Shown piece after piece: positions 12,978 through 27,302 of a stretch of 64,000 bases of DNA. Origin of the DNA: Octopus sinensis (lineage: Eukaryota); contig NC_042998.1 in NCBI RefSeq assembly GCF_006345805.1, forward strand, positions 32,116,001 through 32,180,000. The letters run 5' to 3'. Numbering within the stretch: the stretch's first letter is position 1; every line of letters begins with the position of its first letter. The notes beneath the pieces were generated by a model. It was not told the DNA's origin. It saw only the letters and a list, made by a program, of their open reading frames with translations, and ran no database searches. Both the position numbers and the translations under genes were made by a program.

Positions 12978-13270
12978 GAGCGAAAACAACTAAAGCTCCA
13001 CGAGGCTCTGGCAGGGGATGGTGGTGATCCCTGCTGTACTCTTTCAGCACAACTTTCTCTCACTCTTACTTCCTGTTTCTGTTGTACCTGTATTTCAAAG
13101 GGCCGGCCTTGTCACTCTCTGTGTCACGCTGAATATCCCCGAGAACTACGTTAAGGGTGCACGTGTCTGTGGAGTGCTCAGCCACTTACACGTTAATTTC
13201 ACGAGCAGGCTGTTCCGTTGATTCGGATCAACCGGAACCCTCGTCGTCGTAACCGACGGAGTGCTTCCAG
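12978..13270 (+). mobile_element. Headless SINE body with tail GTGTCTGTGGAGTGCTCAGCCACTT..GTAACCGACGGAGTGC
   Basis: The tail recurs at 12581-12697(-) and 55255-55455(+); the body is shared with 57160-57230. Confidence 0.78.
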
Positions 13271-14367
13271 TTTATGTTCATATCAGGGCTTATGGTTGAA
13301 AGTATTTTTATCGACAAGTAATAAACTGTGAAAGAGAAAAGCGCTGATTATTTCGGCGAGTATTTTTTTGTTTGCCATATGAACACACATGCTCCAGTAC
13401 TGGTTTTCGTAGGAATAATTCTATATTTCGACGTAAATATGTATAGCTATATTTTAATTTAGCACATCTAGTATTAAATTCGATATTTCAGTTTCTCATA
13501 GGACAATATATCTTTCCTATGAGGAATGCAATATAATATACATAACATTCCATAATTTGTTTTCATTAAGAGCGTGTCTCAATCAATAATAATTGAAGAT
13601 CATATCAGTAGGAATCGATGCTTTATCTAACAATTAGTTGAAAATCGATTAATTGGATTTTAAATGTATTCTTTTAATAATTTCCATATTTTCGCTACAT
13701 TTTACTATTATTCATTCAAAAATTCAAACTGCATCTAATGAAACAAGCACTAATTTTCTCTGAGTGATTTTTCAATAATTTGGGCGTGACTATATTGAAG
13801 AAAGTTTGCTTGCCATTCACATCTATCTTGGTTCAATGCCACTGCGTCGCACTTTGGAGAAGTGCCTTTTACTAAATCGTTCTAAGTGTATTTGGTAGAT
13901 GGCAATTTAAAAAAATAATTAGAATAGTGCTGGCAGTAACTTCGAAGTTTTGGCCAGCTAACCCTTCATCGGACTATAATGCATGTAAGTTTATCTTGGC
14001 TTTATCTATCCTATGTTAAATTAAAACTTCTTTGCGCAAGCCGAGCTCTGTTGAATGATAATTAGGTTGTGTGACAGGTTGTAATGGAGAGATGTTATGG
14101 AGGAATGAATTTAGTTGATTAAATTGGTTATATTTTAACATAAAGACTGTATACTCAATGTACCACAGTCACATGATGTCTTCGTGGAAACCTTCAAACT
14201 ATTCCTTTCAATGAATAATAATTTTTTACTCTGGCAAAAATATTGAGTAATCCTTCAGTTTAATCTAAAATCGTGTTTGTTCTATTATAACATTCATTAA
14301 TACATATGTATGTAATGTATGTATGTGCGTATGTATGTATGTGCATGTATATGTATATGTATGTAGG

Positions 14368-15590
14368 TATTTGAGGACATAACTTTTTGGGGAAGTACTG
14401 CATATTTTGCTAACTCTGTATAATCATTGTTTCAAAACATAATAATGGCAAACCGTCAGTTTACTCAAGAAATGAAGAGACACGCTGTTATTGTGGTTGT
14501 AAAGGCTGATCATAGCGATTTACAAATATCTCGACTTTTAAAAGTTGCCAAATCTTTCATCTATAAAGTTTGTAAGGAGATAGAGAATGAAGATGGAAAC
14601 GTATCACCAGTATCAAAGCAAAAATAGCATTCCAAACGCTCTGAAATGATCATCAGAACACTTGAATTTATCAAGCAAGTTTAACAGAACATTGATTACA
14701 ATTCCAGAAAGACCATGAAGTCAATTGCAAAAGATCTCCAGGGAAAAGTCAGAAATGTTGTCCACGAAGTCATCAGATATAAGTCTTATATGATGAGGAA
14801 AGGTCAATTTGTCAGAAAAAGCAAAAGGAAAATCACTAAATCACATATAAAAGGTTCTTAAACAAACTGAAAAATCCAACAGAAAGATATTTGATTTGGT
14901 TTTTCGTAAACGAGAAAAACTTCGACCAGTATGAAAAGTTTAACATACGAAATGACAGATGGTCATGTACAGACACTTCTGAAGTTCCAAGTGTTATGCA
15001 TACAAAATTTCCTGCAACTGTCATGGTTTTAGGGGTTGTCAACAATGAAGGACATATGACGCCTCCTTACCTCTTTCCACAAGGCCTTAGAGATAGGTCT
15101 GCTGCCTACATTGTGATCCTGAAAATAAGTATTAAACACTGGATAGACAGTGTATGCATTGGAAGGCCATATGTGTTTCAGTAAGACTCTGCACTATCAC
15201 ACATGGCTCTAGTAACACAGGAATGGATGGCTGAAGATTTTCATGATCACATACGCCTTCGCATATGGCCTCCTAATTCCTCAGATCTCAATCCATTGGA
15301 CTATTACATGTGGAGTGTTGTTGAGAGAGAGGTCAATGAACACGCCCATAATACCAAAATTTCTTTGAAAGTTGGCATAGTCAGAGTAATATCCAAAATT
15401 AACCAAGACCACTTGATTTGAGAATGTAGATGAATTAGGTCTCATATAGAAGCAGCTGTTGAATCTGAAGGTGGCTTTTTGAATAACATTTATTTTTATC
15501 CTCATAGCATTTTTTGATAAATAAAGTTATTATCTGTTATTATATATCTAGTTTTTTATAAACATAAATTTGTCCTCAAATATCTTACGC

Positions 15591-15596
<6 letters not shown>
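14368..15596 (+). mobile_element. Degenerate Tc1/mariner transposon, DD37D (maT) family
   Basis: Reads FVNEKNF..Q*DSA..WPPNSSDLNPLDYY with 37 residues between the last two D. TIR remnants are TATTTGAGGACA (14368) and TGTCCTCAAATATCTTACGCACCCTA (15571-15596). Confidence 0.88.
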
Positions 15597-15624
<28 letters not shown>

Positions 15625-15627
<3 letters not shown>

Positions 15628-15801
15628 GAAATGAAGAAAATGCTGACAAAATAATTTAAGTAAGGGGGAGTGTATTTAATTAGGTGAAAGTTCTTTTTAC
15701 CGGTTGCGCATTTGTTATGCTTATCAAAAGATATTTTGAGTGAGATAGAGTTCCTTTCTGATTGATTTTTTATATATCACAACTCGTGTTCCACATCTCC
15801 T

Positions 15802-15839
<38 letters not shown>

Positions 15840-16018
15840 GAAATGAAGAAAATGCTGACAAAATAATTTAAGTAAGGGGGAGTGTATTTAATTAGGTGAA
15901 AGTTCTTTTTACCGGTTGCGCATTTGTTATGCTTATCAAAAGATATTTTGAGTGAGATAGAGTTCCTTTCTGATTGATTTTTTTATATATCACAACTCGT
16001 GTTCCACATCTCCTTTTT

Positions 16019-16021
<3 letters not shown>
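15625..16021 (+). repeat. Exact ~185-bp tandem duplication bounded by (TA)n (period 212)
   Basis: AGGGAAATGAAGAAAATGC..CACATCTCCTTTTTTAA occurs at 15625-15808 and 15837-16021. Confidence 0.95.
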
Positions 16022-16062
<41 letters not shown>

Positions 16063-16439
16063 AGGCGGTGCCCTAGCATGTGGTCGCAATCTAAAGATCG
16101 AGACAAGTAAAACATAAAACATATATTCATGTGTATGTTATTATGCATGTGTTTGTCCTTCACCACAGCTTGACAACTGTGTTTTGGTTTGTTTATGTCT
16201 CCTTAACTCAGCAGGTCAGCAAAAGAGATAGATGGAATAAGTACCAGGTTTCAAAGATGAAAAAAGGAAACAATAGGATCAATTTCTTCGGCAAAGTACT
16301 TCAAGGCGTTCAGTGTCCCTTTTAGGCGGTGCCGTAGCATTCATTGATGAAAATCAAAGAATGAAAAAGATGCAATTTTCTGCTTCTTTGTCTTTTTTAC
16401 TGTCTGCACCATTCCTCCAGAATAGCGAAATAAAGGAAA

Positions 16440-17090
16440 AAATTGAAAGCATAGAAATATTTTGCAATAGCAAATTTCCGGAATCTGCTTTTAGCATTTT
16501 CTTTTATTTTTGCAAAAATTTCCCGACACGGTTGCAGGTAGACTCAAAGTGAAAGCATTTCTTTTAAATTTTGTTTGCACTGGCACCACATAAATAGCAC
16601 CCATTTTGCTTTGTAACGGTGTTGCTCGGAACATAATGGAATATTTTCCAGCAAACACTTGAAGACTTTCATATCTTTTCTTTCGATCAAATCAACATTC
16701 CCTTTAGGGAAAATTTAAAGCCTTTTGCCAGCGTCAAAAATTATTGCATTTCTAATTCGAATTTTAGTTGCCCAGGATCTTGATTGTTTCGATAAAAAAA
16801 CATTTTAGAAACTGTCATAACAGATGATGAATCGTGTGTTTATAGACATAACCCCGAAACCTGGCTTCAAGGGAAACCCACAAGACATCAAGATTTCAAG
16901 GCATAGAAGAAATCCAAGTGAATGCCAAAAAGGAACCTACTCGCTATCCCGCAAAAGGAGTTCCAGTAATGCTTCCATCACAACGATGCAGGATAAAGTG
17001 TGTGACTTCAGTGGGGGACTATTTCGAAGAAGATTAAATGCCGAATCGATGTGCTGTAATTTTCTCTTTACAGTTCTAGCATGCACACTA
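16440..17090 (+). mobile_element. Highly degenerate mariner remnant
   Basis: Reads FLETVITDDESCVY..NPET (ITGDE motif) and a C-terminal ..SGGDYFEED*-like end. Confidence 0.62.
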
Positions 17091-17517
17091 ATATACAAAC
17101 ATATATATATACACATACATGCACACACACACATGCACATATCTCTATGTGGAAGCTTTTTTAAAGTTTATCGGATGATATAAATTATATAGCATTCAGT
17201 TACATATTTTTTAAAATTCGGAAACAGTATTTGCTAGAATTAGCAGATTTATACGGGGAGTAAATATTTCAGACGCAACATAGACAGTTTTACAAATAGA
17301 ATCCTGAAAGTGCCACATATTGGATATGTTTCTGCTGCCGTTGAGGTTGTCGGAGTGACAAAATCAATTTACTCGATTCATTGTGTTTGTGAGTTCGCTT
17401 TCGGAAATATAATGTTTATATAAAATGGGTAATTATGTAACAATAGAAGAAAATTGTCAATAGAAGAGGCGAGGCTATAACAGAATAAAATCAAATTTCT
17501 TATACACACAAATTCTA

Positions 17518-17550
<33 letters not shown>

Positions 17551-17579
17551 ATTATATATATATATATATATTATATATA

Positions 17580-17620
<41 letters not shown>

Positions 17621-17691
17621 GATATGTATATATATTGATATGTATACATAAATATATACACACACGTACATGTACATATATATGTATGTAG

Positions 17692-17765
<74 letters not shown>

Positions 17766-17902
17766 TTGAGCATGTGCGTGTGTGTTTGTATGTGTGGATA
17801 TATATATATATATATATATGCACACAGATTTATATTTATATATACTTGTGCACAATTGTACAATGTTCTCCTTACCTATCTCAGGTGTTGTGTGTGCGCG
17901 TC

Positions 17903-17938
<36 letters not shown>

Positions 17939-18660
17939 CATGTCTTTACGTATGTGTAATTTTATATGTATTGATGTAGGTACGTATGTGTGTGTGTGTT
18001 TGTGAATTGAAAAAAATGTGTGTGAAAGTTGGTGTAATTAATGTAAATTCGCTTAACTTCATTTGTAAATCTATATTTTCACGTATATTTAAACCCTTCG
18101 ATATGTCTGGCTGCGGAAGCGAACCTGGTATACACGTGTCTATACCAAATATACACTTGGTCTATTCGTGTCATATTTTCGAATGTCACATGCACTGTAC
18201 TACTTCACGTCAGAGTTCATCTAATTCATAGCATCTTTTTTGTTTTTCTAACATAAAAAACCCCAGCTTATTACCATATGCAAAACGCTTTTCAGTGCTG
18301 CTGAAATATCTTAATTTGCATATTCGTGTTAGCTTGGAAACTGATGTTTGTGACCTGCAATGTAAAAAGTTGACTTATATTCGGTAGCGTTCATCTTTTC
18401 TCTTATTCCCTTATTCTCTTATAATTTTAATCCTTTTTCTTCTCATTGATAAAGAGCATCATTCGAACCTTCAGATCCCATCCTGTTCTCCCTTTCACAT
18501 ATTTATCTTCATTGTAAACCTCTTTGTTCTACTTTCACTTTATATCTCCACCCTTTTGTAGTCGCCTGCTTTCACTTCTCTGACTCCGTCTATTATTAAT
18601 TTGTTTTTGTCTTCTTTGTTTCATAATCTTAACCGTGTTATTTTTGTGATATACATCCAT

Positions 18661-18730
<70 letters not shown>

Positions 18731-18771
18731 ATATATATGAATATGTATATATATATGTATATTTATATATG

Positions 18772-18802
<31 letters not shown>

Positions 18803-21800
18803 GTGTGTGTGTTTGCATGTGTCTGTGTATGTATATGCACAAAGATGTATGTATACGTACATTTTCACATGCCTATGTGTATATGTACACAGTCTATGCA
18901 CATTATTCATACTTATTGCATTTTATTGCCTTCATTTTCATTATAAATTGTTCATCTAAAAATTCTTCGTATTTCGTTCTCTCATTAAACTTGTTGCTTA
19001 GTCATCGTACTTAATTCGTCGGGTGAACTTTTGTGAAATAAAAATCTCGAACTGGGTTTCTAGTAAATTTGCTTTTGATAATATAGACCGTCCTTTTCCG
19101 TCATGGTAAATAAATTTCGTCGAATTTTTAAACACCCGGTGTAATTGCTGCACAAACGCTTCTACTTTTCTTCCGCACCTTTCCCCGCTTTTACGACTAT
19201 TTGTTTCGATATAAACGATATAGTTAAAGTAAAATATTTGGAGTTTAAATTAGGCGTAAACATTCGGACCTAGGATTACTGTTATTGGCTTTTTTATGGG
19301 CAAAGAATATAAGAGTTACTTTCAGTGCATATGAAGAACAGATTGTTTGCGTTGCTAGAGATGTATCACTCAAATCATGCGTTTTTCTATTCCAGGACTT
19401 AAGTGTTATTTGTGTACGAAGTTTCTAGAATAATACAGAAAGAGTGAAAAGGATCCCATCGTCTGAATTAGGAACAAGAAACATTGAAAGAAAACTATTA
19501 TAATATAACGGTGTTAGTAATGTTAATGATATTTCAAGAAAGAAGATCAAACTACTTTATTATAAAAAGTATTATTACTTGACTACAAAAAAGGTGGCAT
19601 TTTACAGATGTTTATAAATGTTACGTAAACAAATGTGTTATTATTTATTCGGAAAACGTTCCATTTGGTCTAATATTATTCACTAAAACTATTTAATCTT
19701 GGTATTTTTTAATCAATACGTTTTATATAAGAACTCGTATGTCTCTGATCCTAATATATATTCAGCATATAAAATTGTAAAATTACCAAGCTCTGTAAAC
19801 TGGGTTGCAAATCAAACGCATAAATTTGTGCCACAATATAGAAAATCTAAAGTGTTTTTTTTTTTTTATCAGAATATATATTTCTTTCAATTCTGCTAAT
19901 AAAAGTATGCAGGTTTCCAGTCTCAAATTTCCATCACGTTGTGTATCATTCGATATTTAAACCAGGCAGAAACGCAGTTTTTTTTTTACCACTCAACATC
20001 AGTTGATTTGGAGTAGCATACGTGGTGGTGAGTGATTTGCAATAAATGTGTTCTGAAGCTTACGTCAATATATCGCTTAGCCCAAAGACATAACTGAAAT
20101 TGCGAGATCCTGTAACTGTCCCTGTTAAATTCCTATATTACAAAATTATGACGTTTCATATAAATAAATATATATAAATATATATATATGTGTGTGTGTG
20201 TGTGTGTATACAATATATGTGTATATATAAGAGTATATCATATTATATATTATATATACGTATGTATGTGTTTCTGGGCGCGCGCGTGTGTTCGAGTTTA
20301 AAATTAATAGAATATGCCTGAAGAATTGTTTAAAAGACAGAAGCTAAAAGAAATCATAGCTACGATGCTTCCGAAATGAACACAACTTTTTCAACGAATA
20401 ATATGCATATGTTGGGTAGATTTTAAATCAACGTAAGAAAAGTGAAGTTTCTCTTTTATATGGAAACTTAATTCCAATCGTACTAAATGGATTTACGATT
20501 CCGGTCTTCCATTTTAACTACGCAGATTTTGCAATATCTACATAGTTAAATTATAAAATAAACTGAAAGCAACAAAACTTGTTCTGGACGTTGACTTTTT
20601 CAGAAAATATCTCCAATTTCCTTTTCAATTTAAAAGTATTTATTGAAATTCATTGATTCAGAAATTATTTTCACATAATGTTTCCGATAAAATATTTTAG
20701 TATTCTCAAAAGGATGTGTTTTTTTTTTTTTTTTTTTTTTTTTAGTGAAGTCACCTGGGGAAAATATTTTAATAATAAAAATTTCCGGTTGGAAACTACA
20801 TAAATAAATTTAATAAAGTACTGGAGATATATGAAATTCATTAAAAATTAAATACAATATTATTTTCGTCGAAAAAATAATGCATTCGTAATTTTCTTTT
20901 TTTTTTTAGAAAACACATTTCGTTATTTTGAAATCTCTAGAACTGTTGCAAGGAAAAGCAGAACAATGACTGTCAGTGGTTAAACTGAGAATTTTAACGT
21001 TGTTCTATTTCTTTTGTAATTGATTATGAGAACAAAACTGAAAACTGGTGAAGTTAGCAATTCTTTGCACGGTGTAGTGAATCAATGTTCACAAATAATC
21101 TGTAAATATTTGCCAAAAATGTGTGTTTGATAGTATATAAAAATGTATATTTTATTATTTAAACTAAAGACATTCCGTGTTTAAACAGATCTCTCCCATA
21201 TTTTGATATGTTTAACTCTAAAAGTGTATGTGCTTGGTTTAAAGTATACATAATACCGAAAAAGCATGTTAAATAAATGTCCTTGAACAAAAGTAAATTG
21301 GAACACCCACTCAGTCGTAGTTGTACAGATACATTCTTGTAACTCTTACAGTCTTCAATCCGGCGAACCAGAGATGAACTTGTAGTTTTGTTAACCAAAG
21401 ACGCAAGAGTTTACAAATCCATGATATAACAGAAGACAAGATTATATAAATCCAGCGAGTGTGCTTATAACTACACTAAAGTGAAGGTACCATTTTTGAT
21501 TAAAACTAAATTAAGAAGAGATATATTGTTTATTTCTAGAAGTGGCACGCTGGATACTCTGTTACTTCTTAAAATTGAATTACTTTTTATTGTTAATTAC
21601 CAAAGTAGATTTAAAAGAGGCGTGTATTTAAAAAAAAAACTATTTGGTGTTTTGTCATTAAATAAAATTATAATTAAGAGTTTAACTTGTAATTTGAAGT
21701 ATACATTGGCCATAGCAATATCGTTAAGTGGCAATCAATTTAAAATACCGTAATTGGCACACGAATTTTAAAAAGATGCTGGAACATTTCATGATGCTAA

Positions 21801-22732
21801 CAAAGAATCTTATTAAATAAGAAAACAAAACTCGAAAGAATGAATATTCGACTAAAAGTAAGTTCTGTATGTAAATTCTATTTTCACTTCTGTTTCTACG
21901 CGATATAAAATGAGTGTTTCGTGGCAATGTCCCAGCAATGCCGTAGCTGACTGAATAAAACCTGTGAAAGTGTAAACGACAATGTGATGTAAAATGGTTA
22001 TTGCCATGAGTAAAGATAATTATAATGACAAACATTTTTATAACGTTTACAATTGATTAGAACGTTTCCTAACGCTTTAATATCATCGAAACGAGGTTTT
22101 GCGTTTCTCTGTTTCTACGGCCAGCATTTAATTTTTGGACACGTTCCTAACAGTAAGTATTTGTAGCTGATTCAGTTCTCCAAGTTGTTAACAGTTTCGA
22201 TTGAGTCATGATTCAGATGTCTATTACACTTTATTTTACACACGACAGATCTTGGCAGTAAAAGTGTTATTCATTCGAACCACTACTACATATAAACTGA
22301 ACTGCACGACGAGAAAATTCGATAATTGTTGTAATGTTTCATCAACGGAATATTTTTTCTTTCTGCATAGTTCAACGGACATATTGATTTAGAAGGTACT
22401 TCTTAAGAAAAACAATCTACTGCTACTATTGTCAATTATAGCATATTCAATTTTTATTCTTGATTTCTGCAGTTCATTTTACACAATTTATTTATTTATT
22501 TTGATACATACATCTCTGCTGCGTGAAGTATGTAGCACAGCTGATTCAGAAGATTATTCTATCCTATTAATTGTTCCATATATTTGCCGATCTGGTTTTC
22601 TAGAAAGTAAACAATAGCTGAGGTGTTTATACGTCAATAATTGTACAAACCTACACATACTCACAACACAAAATTTAATACATACCGCCAACAAGGTACA
22701 TTATAAACAGCAGGGAGTGGCGTTTAGTAAAC

Positions 22733-24075
22733 CTAGCTATCCGGTATATCAAAACATAACTAACGACAGAAGCTGTATTAATATCAAAATCCAATTTGTC
22801 ACACCCCAATACACTTTCTGGCATATTGAATGCTCACCACACTCTTCAATGTAAATGTAATTAAATTTATTTAAAATTTAAGCAGTTAAGCAAATCCATT
22901 AATAAATCCGACTTCCACCATTTTAATTGCATATTTCATTTCCTTATTCGAAATTCTCCTTACTGCAAAGAATCCTACAAAATTCACTTCTCTTTCAGCA
23001 TATAATAATTTTCACATATTTGTCCCATTTTTTAATATTCGTCAGCATTCTCTGTAACACTATTTATATTTTTAATGATATTTGTATGCAAGTTATATGT
23101 GTGTGTGCGCACGCGTGTGCATGTGTGTGTGAGTTTGTGTTTGCTTGAGTTCGTATGTGTGTATGTGCTTGTGTTTGGATGTGTAATAATACGTTTAGTA
23201 AATGTAGTGCACGTCTGCTACGAGATGTAGATCGTGTGTGTATATCATCCGCAACAGGAGGGCGGTGAGCTGGCAGAATCGTCAGCACGCCGGGCGAAAT
23301 GCGTAGCCGTATTTCATCTGCCGTTATGTTCTGGGTTCAAATTCCGCCGAGGTCGATTTTGCCTTTCATCCTTTCAGGGTCGATAAATTAAGTACCAGTT
23401 ACGCACTGGGGTCGATGTAATCGACTTAATCCGTTTGTCTGTCCTTGTTCGTTCCCTCTGCGTTTAGCCCTTTGTGGGTAGTAAAGAAATATATCATTCG
23501 CTACAGGCACCAGAACTGCAAGATCACGTTATTTCCACGTGACCCGACTTTTCAATGGCAGGCGTCCGGTAGACTCACACCAGTCAATTCTATGGAATTT
23601 CAGTCACTATTCAGGTAATGAAGTCGCGAATAGCTATCGGGTATATAAAAAAATAACTAACGACAGAAGCTATATTAATACCAAAACGCAATCTGTCACA
23701 CCCCAATGCACTTTCGGGCATATTGAATGCTCACCACACCCTTCAATGTAAATGTAATTAAGTTTATTTAAAATTTAAGCTGTTAAGCAAATCCATTAAT
23801 AAATCCGATTTCCACCATTTTAATTGCATATTTAATTTCCTTTTCGAAATTCTCCTTACTGCAAAGAATCCTACAAAATTCACTTCTCTTTCAGCAGATA
23901 ATAATTTTCACATATTTGTCCCATTTTTTTCTGTTCGTCAGCATTCTCTGTAACAATTTTTATATTTTTATTGACATTTGTATCCAAGTTATATGTGTGT
24001 GTATGTGTGCGTGTGCATGTGCGAATGTGTGTGTGAGTTTGGGTTTGTGTGTGTATGTGCTTGTGTTTAGACGTG
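22733..24075 (+). repeat. Older ~450-bp direct duplication (22733-23190 / 23630-24075)
   Basis: Collinear TAGCTATC..GACAGAAGC..CACACCCCAAT..GCAAAGAATCCTAC..GTTATATGTGTG blocks with moderate divergence, separated by a SINE-containing spacer. Confidence 0.9.
23261..23491 (+). mobile_element. Full-length Nin/Deu-domain SINE with Tx1-like 3' tail
   Basis: Head GGCGGTGAGCTGGCAGAA, B box GGGTTCAAATTCC, Nin domain GCCTTTCATCCTTTCAGGGTCGATAAATTAAGTACCAG, tail TAGCCCTTTGTGGGTAGTAAAGAAATA. Confidence 0.85.
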
Positions 24076-26341
24076 TACTAATTCTATTTAACTTTAAAAA
24101 AAAAATCGAGTACAAAATTTCTGCTTCACCAATATCTTGTATTCAATGTTCAATTTTTCACACCAATTTACATATAAGTGATTTGTGTTCTTCTGGCGAA
24201 TTCAGTAATGTTTGTGTAAATATGAATTTATTATGATTTCTAATTTAGGCACAAGGCCAGCAGTTTTGAGTGACGATGTTACTCGAGTAAATCGATTCTA
24301 GTATTTGATCGTTACTAAATTTAACCGAAGTGGCTTTCGACAGGATTTCAACTGAGAGTACATAAGGACCACAGAAATACCGCAGGGCATTACTTTTTGA
24401 CTCTCTTATGATTATTTTAATCCATCCCTCTATGTGGTTGAAGTTTGAGCCATATTTTGTTTAAAAATTTTTCGAAATAATGAAGTTGTGTTAGCCTGAA
24501 AGAAATGTTACTTAATGAAATATAAAAAAAAACCCACAAGAAACTAAACCGTAAATTGCAAGCTGCTGTTAATTACAAACTACAAAATATGCAAGTTGCT
24601 ACTTTTTTTATTATGTAAGTTGTTCTGAAAATATTTGTATTAATATTGACTGCTGATGCATCAGCTTCCAAAGTGTGTACTTATAGCAGAAAATTGGATA
24701 TATTTTTTGAAATATATTAACTGAATAAATATGATTGTATTCTCCTGTAAACATATACAAACAATTAATATACACAACGAGATGTTAAATCGTTGAACAA
24801 TAATTCAAAACGTATTTGGTCATAAAAGTTAATACTTAAATTTCAATCGGCGGTGTAGGGCAGCTGAAAGTTTTGTATATAAAAAATGCTTCAAACACAA
24901 TGAACATTAATGATTTATGTATTTAGTTGTCTTAACCATGCAGAATTAAGTGTATTATTAAGATAGATACCTCTAAATGCAAAATCTTTAACCATTTTTA
25001 CAACATTTTGTTTTCTATATTTCTTGCTACTACACAAAGCAAAACCTTTCGTCGACTGAAAACAATATTCCGTTATCATTTGTTATCACATGCTCAAGAG
25101 ACTGTTACATACAATAAGACAAACGATATCCCTCAAATATCTTCAGCTCAGATGTATAAATTATGAAATACGACTAAATGATTTTGACTTTAGTCAGCCG
25201 CACTAAATTTTCAAATGAAATTGATGATTTTGTGTAGCAATAGGTATCATATACAAACACGAATATTTTAAATAAGATTTGAATTTTTTATGTTGGACAG
25301 TATAAAGTTTTAGAAATCTAGAAATAAGAAAATAAGGCATCTTTGTATCATTCAGACATTCATTTCGCAACCAGGAAATATCTACGCTTGTGTCTTCAAG
25401 CACATACTTAGAATACCAAGAATATAATGATGTGTGGCAGGTGGAAACTGCGTGAAGTTCCACCACCAAAATAAATTGGCAAACAAATTAAACAAGGAAA
25501 ACAAATCAAACTGCCGGTGCTTTGCAACCATTTATTGAAATTTCTTTGCTGTTCTCACCATAGATTAAACGCAGCGAGACAGTAATTAGCACATTTGATA
25601 GCTGTGATCAACGACGTTATCGGATCATTAGTAATATATTTAACATAAAAGGTGTTTGTCTGTATGTGCTGTTACGCATTTCAAGTGATACACATTAACC
25701 GTGTATAGCGTTTTCCAGACCGGAGTATATGTTTATGCGCATGTCCAAAGATAAAGATTGCCATCAATACTATCTGAAATTTCTACTTTGCGGATCAGTC
25801 TTAAGATCTATTCATGCAATTTGATTATCTTTTGTGATATAAGACATCTACAAATATTTATTGCATACTGTTTACTCTCCGTTTCTTTATTACTAATCAT
25901 ATTTTGTTTTTATCGTTCCTCCGTAGAAAGAATTGCTTTTATTAAAGCTTATGTTTAGTTGTGTGTTATTTTTTCAGTTGATATATCTTATTAATTCATC
26001 ATTGCTTTTTTAATATTAAATGAATGTTCTGTTAATAACTGTTTTGTAGTATTTCCTCTTCTCGGTCTCTGCTTTAAATTTTTATAGTTTAGACTGATGT
26101 ATCTCCTCTATATGTTCGTTCAATATACTAGAAATACCAGCCAAATCATCCTCTCACACTTTTTGAAGTACTTAAGGTCCTCGAATGAATGTTTAACTAC
26201 AAGGAGTGAGGTTTTTTTCTTGCTATACGTATCTAATACTAACGTAATTTTTCGACATACATAAGTTGATATGATATGTATTTCATCCACGAAACCCTAG
26301 GTTGCTATTTTTCACAAGAGCTTTTTGTGGTTTCTTTACAT

Positions 26342-26377
<36 letters not shown>

Positions 26378-26381
<4 letters not shown>

Positions 26382-26990
26382 GCGCTTTTTATACTTCTTT
26401 TATTTTTCAAAATTAAGATAAGCAAAGTTCGTTTTAAATCTAAAATATACTCTCCTTCATTTTCTAGAATTCTCTTCCATCTATGTGGTAGACTTGCAAG
26501 GCCCCTCTACCAAAATTCACTTGTCCACGACAAAAAATACTCTTCCAGTACTCTTCTGACTTCGTCTACAGGATTCATATATCTTCCGTCCAAATAATTT
26601 TACAAACTGCGAAATAAATGATAATCACGTGGGGCAATGTCCAACGAACATGGTGGGTGTCATTTCCCATTCAAAATGCTCCAGCCTTTGGAATGTCATC
26701 CTCGCTATATGTGGCCTGGCTTACGCTTCTGGTCCGATCCCCATATACAACATTAATATTCTTCGCATTTTCCTTTGCGCTGTTGCCTTTATTGAACTCA
26801 AAGCAAAATATACCGAATATGCTCTTTTGCCACTTCCATTTTTAGCTTTGAAAAAGTAACTGTTAAACTCGAACTGTACCTTTCAAAACTTGCACTAAGA
26901 ATAAGTACAAGGTAAAATTACTACCTGCTTTTGTTGCAGGTAGTCTATTCAATTGAAAAAAAAAACGCATTATTATGGGAAGACTCAATA
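26378..26990 (-). mobile_element. Internally deleted mariner (DD34D) element
   Basis: The minus strand reads MEVAKEHIRYILL*EFNKGNSAKENAKNINVVYG (HTH) joined to ..LDIAPRDYHLFRSL..RWKRILENEGEYILD*. A TIR remnant AAAACGCATTATTATGGGAAGACTCAATA lies at 26962-26990. Confidence 0.82.
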
Positions 26991-27093
26991 CTAGTTCAGA
27001 ATTATTTCCATTCTGACTAAAAGTTAAAAAGGTACCTAAAATGAGTCCTCCATGATATAATTGATCATATATAAATAAATAACCAAAAGTAGC

Positions 27094-27302
27094 TAGCTGG
27101 CAGAATCGTCAATGTACCGGGGAAAATGCTTAGCAGCATTTCGTACGTCTTTAGGTTCTGAGTTCAAATTCCTCCGATTTCGATTTTGCCTTCCATACTT
27201 CGGGGTCGATGAAATAAGTAGCAGTCAAATGCTGGGGTCGATATAATCGATTTCTCCCCTACCCCAAAATTTCAGACCTTTTTCTTTGAGTAGAAATGAT
27301 AT
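27094..27302 (+). mobile_element. Nin-domain SINE with alternative 3' tail
   Basis: Same head and Nin body, but the tail is CCCCTACCCCAAAATTTCAGACC..GAGTAGAAATGATAT. A similar copy lies at 59202-59360. Confidence 0.72.

Noticed and set aside
26618-26859. Plus-strand ORFs resembling a small membrane or secreted peptide
   Set aside because: They lie antisense to a mariner transposase remnant that explains the sequence.
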